Shown here: one piece after another, positions 62,287 through 64,000 of the stretch
Position numbering within the stretch: the stretch's first letter is position 1
Layout of the letters: each line of letters starts with the position of its first letter
DNA from: a virus
Virus record (IMG/VR): IMGVR_UViG_3300015251_000001
Location: 1,187 to 65,186 of that record
Direction: 5' to 3' (one strand)
DNA: 64,000 nt
The notes under the pieces: model-generated
What the model was told of the DNA's origin: nothing
What the model saw: the letters and a program-made list of their open reading frames with translations, nothing else
The model's database searches: none
Made by a program: the position numbers and the translations under genes

Positions 62287-63159
62287 GTGATGGAGAAATT
62301 GATGAAGACCAATGCATTTTCGACCTGGATTCTGTGGGCAATCACGATGATTGCCGGCTTGATCGCCTTTCGTTGGCTGCACCCGGCCCTGGGGGTCTAC
62401 TGGGTGGTGGTTGGATCAGCCGTGCTGATCGGCTCCAGCTTCCTTCCCTTGACGCTCTATGCCGGCCGAGGCCGCATGTTCGCGCCCAGTGGGGGCCAGG
62501 CTGCGGTTGACTCTGGGTTCTTCGTGGAGGAGCTTCTGGATGGGGAACAGGCAAAGGTGGATCCGTGGGACCTGCACCGCCCGCTCATGCGCATGAGCGG
62601 ACAGCGGTTGCCGGACCAACCAATGATCACCAGCGAGGTGATCAGGTGCTACGCCGGGATCCTGGAAGAGGCCAGCGAAGCAGGGATCACCCTCCTGGAC
62701 ATCATGCGGAATTCATCACTCAGGGCTGACCAGCTCCAGGATTTTGCTTTGATGAGGCAGACCCTTGCCACGGCAGTTAGATCCATGGGTCTCGCTAGCC
62801 GCAGGGCTTGTCAGATTCTGGGGACCCCAGCATTCAGTGACTGGGCTGGCCGGCCGTTGACCCTGAAGCAAGCTGTCGCGCTGCTCGACGACCACCTGGA
62901 TCTTCAGGTGATGAATACCGGGTTTGGGCTGTCCGCAGGCTTGCCCTGCCAGTCGGGCTACTTGGCTGTGGGCGAGTCCAACGTTAGCAAAGCAGATCCG
63001 GCCACCGGCCGGATCTTGAGGGATAAGTCAGGCAGGTGGATAAAGGGACCGGATTACAAGCAGCCGGACCTGAGGAAGGTGATTTTGGATCGCTTCCCGA
63101 ATCTGCGATCGGAATGGGATTCAGGATTCGCCCCGACCCAGCCAAGCCACCTGGTCTGA
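62287..63159 (+). CDS. MazG-like/all-alpha NTP pyrophosphatase with N-terminal transmembrane segments
   Basis: EEASE...LLDDHLD...ESNVSK...G.WIKGPDYKQPDL; two hydrophobic N-terminal helices. Confidence 0.7.
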   Translation: MMEKLMKTNAFSTWILWAITMIAGLIAFRWLHPALGVYWVVVGSAVLIGSSFLPLTLYAGRGRMFAPSGGQAAVDSGFFVEELLDGEQAKVDPWDLHRPLMRMSGQRLPDQPMITSEVIRCYAGILEEASEAGITLLDIMRNSSLRADQLQDFALMRQTLATAVRSMGLASRRACQILGTPAFSDWAGRPLTLKQAVALLDDHLDLQVMNTGFGLSAGLPCQSGYLAVGESNVSKADPATGRILRDKSGRWIKGPDYKQPDLRKVILDRFPNLRSEWDSGFAPTQPSHLV

Positions 63160-63161
63160 GC

Positions 63162-63812
63162 ATGGACACGCCCCTTTTCGATTCCACGGCAGGGGCGCTT
63201 CGCTTCGCTCTGAATTTCACGAGCAGTCCGCCCAGCCCGGTCATGAACAGAATGATGGCCGACGGGCAGCTCCTGCGGGTAGAGATGGAAGATGGGAGCA
63301 AGGTCACGGTCAGCCCTGGGCACCTGAGACGGGGTCAAGTGCAGATCCCCAGGGGGCTTGACGGGGCCGGGCAGGCGGCACTGATTGCCAAGCAGCTCGA
63401 CCACCTCCAGCCCATTCAGAAGGCTTGCGTGATTGCCAGGTACAAGGAATGGAAGCTCTCTTGCTCCTGCCGCGCTCCGTGCTGCTCTGGCTACCGCAAG
63501 AATCCGGTATGGTCCATCGAGATCACCCATATTTGCGCCTACTTGAAGGACCATGCGGAGCTGTCCAGGATCAAGGGGCGCAAGGGGCTCAGCACCCCGC
63601 CACAAATGCGCATGGCCTTGGTGGAGCGATTCTTCGTCCCAGAGAAGATCCTGGTGCTTGCCGAGCTGGCGGATGCCTGCGGCGTGACCCCCCAGACGGT
63701 TATAACCCACAAGAAGCCCATTGAAAGGTTTCTTTACGATACCTTGCGGGATGGAATCTGCAAGGTGGATGAAATCCTTAACGTGATTGGCATCGTCGGC
63801 TCGACGTATTAA
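63162..63812 (+). CDS. Putative transcriptional regulator (antiterminator-like prophage protein)
   Basis: LFDST.GALRFALNF, GLDGAGQA.LI, CSC..PCCSG, C-terminal HTH LAELADACGVTPQT...H. Confidence 0.55.
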   Translation: MDTPLFDSTAGALRFALNFTSSPPSPVMNRMMADGQLLRVEMEDGSKVTVSPGHLRRGQVQIPRGLDGAGQAALIAKQLDHLQPIQKACVIARYKEWKLSCSCRAPCCSGYRKNPVWSIEITHICAYLKDHAELSRIKGRKGLSTPPQMRMALVERFFVPEKILVLAELADACGVTPQTVITHKKPIERFLYDTLRDGICKVDEILNVIGIVGSTY

Positions 63813-63826
63813 CTGGAAGGTAAGAA

Positions 63827-64000
63827 ATGAACCAAACCTTCGTTCCTGATGTGGCCCCGGATGGCAGCGAGCGTGGCGAGCGCGCGGCGCCGGGCGCAGT
63901 GAATGAGCCTGATCACCCCACGGAGTGCATCAAGCTGCCGAAGCCCCCTCGTCCAGGCGCTTGTCAACGGGATTTGATGGCGCGGCCCTACCGCCACGGT
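63827..64000 (+). CDS. Hypothetical protein, 3' partial
   Basis: ATG after GGAAGGTAAG; no stop before the window end. Confidence 0.4.
   Translation, partial: MNQTFVPDVAPDGSERGERAAPGAVNEPDHPTECIKLPKPPRPGACQRDLMARPYRHG

Overview
The window looks like most or all of a GC-rich tailed-phage genome with a contractile tail; ORFs are truncated at both edges. No integrase, clear repressor, tRNA, rRNA or CRISPR array was found. Layout: (1) + strand 877-30559 carries packaging, endolysin, probable capsid-cargo genes including an ADP-ribosyltransferase, head genes (DUF1073-type portal, DUF2213-type protease, DUF2184-type capsid), two fibre/esterase genes, neck, PKD-extended sheath, tube, frameshifting chaperone, tape measure with transglycosylase, baseplate and membrane genes. 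(2) - strand 30651-56310 carries a large replication/recombination module: SbcCD-like pair, RuvC-like resolvase, RecA, gp32-like SSB, UvsY-like protein, DnaX-like loader, UDG-domain family A polymerase, beta clamp, primase, two helicases, flap exonuclease, two GIY-YIG endonucleases and a sigma-like protein. (3) + strand 56428-64000 carries early/accessory genes with repeated promoter and hairpin cassettes, a ParB-like protein, QueD and a MazG-like pyrophosphatase. A complete but dispersed 7-deazaguanine DNA-modification pathway (dpdA, folE, queC, queE, queD) is present. The most striking observations are: a recurrent terminal RRR-hydrophobic peptide in many unrelated proteins; an HxHxH/TxD/HPR signal shared by probable capsid cargo; a GTATAG(A/C)T motif upstream of the scattered que genes together with a sigma-like gene; a QueC lacking its zinc-ligand cysteines; and an 8-bp tandem repeat that could fuse a DpdA-like mini-ORF to the beta clamp. 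All family assignments come from motif recognition by eye, not database searches.
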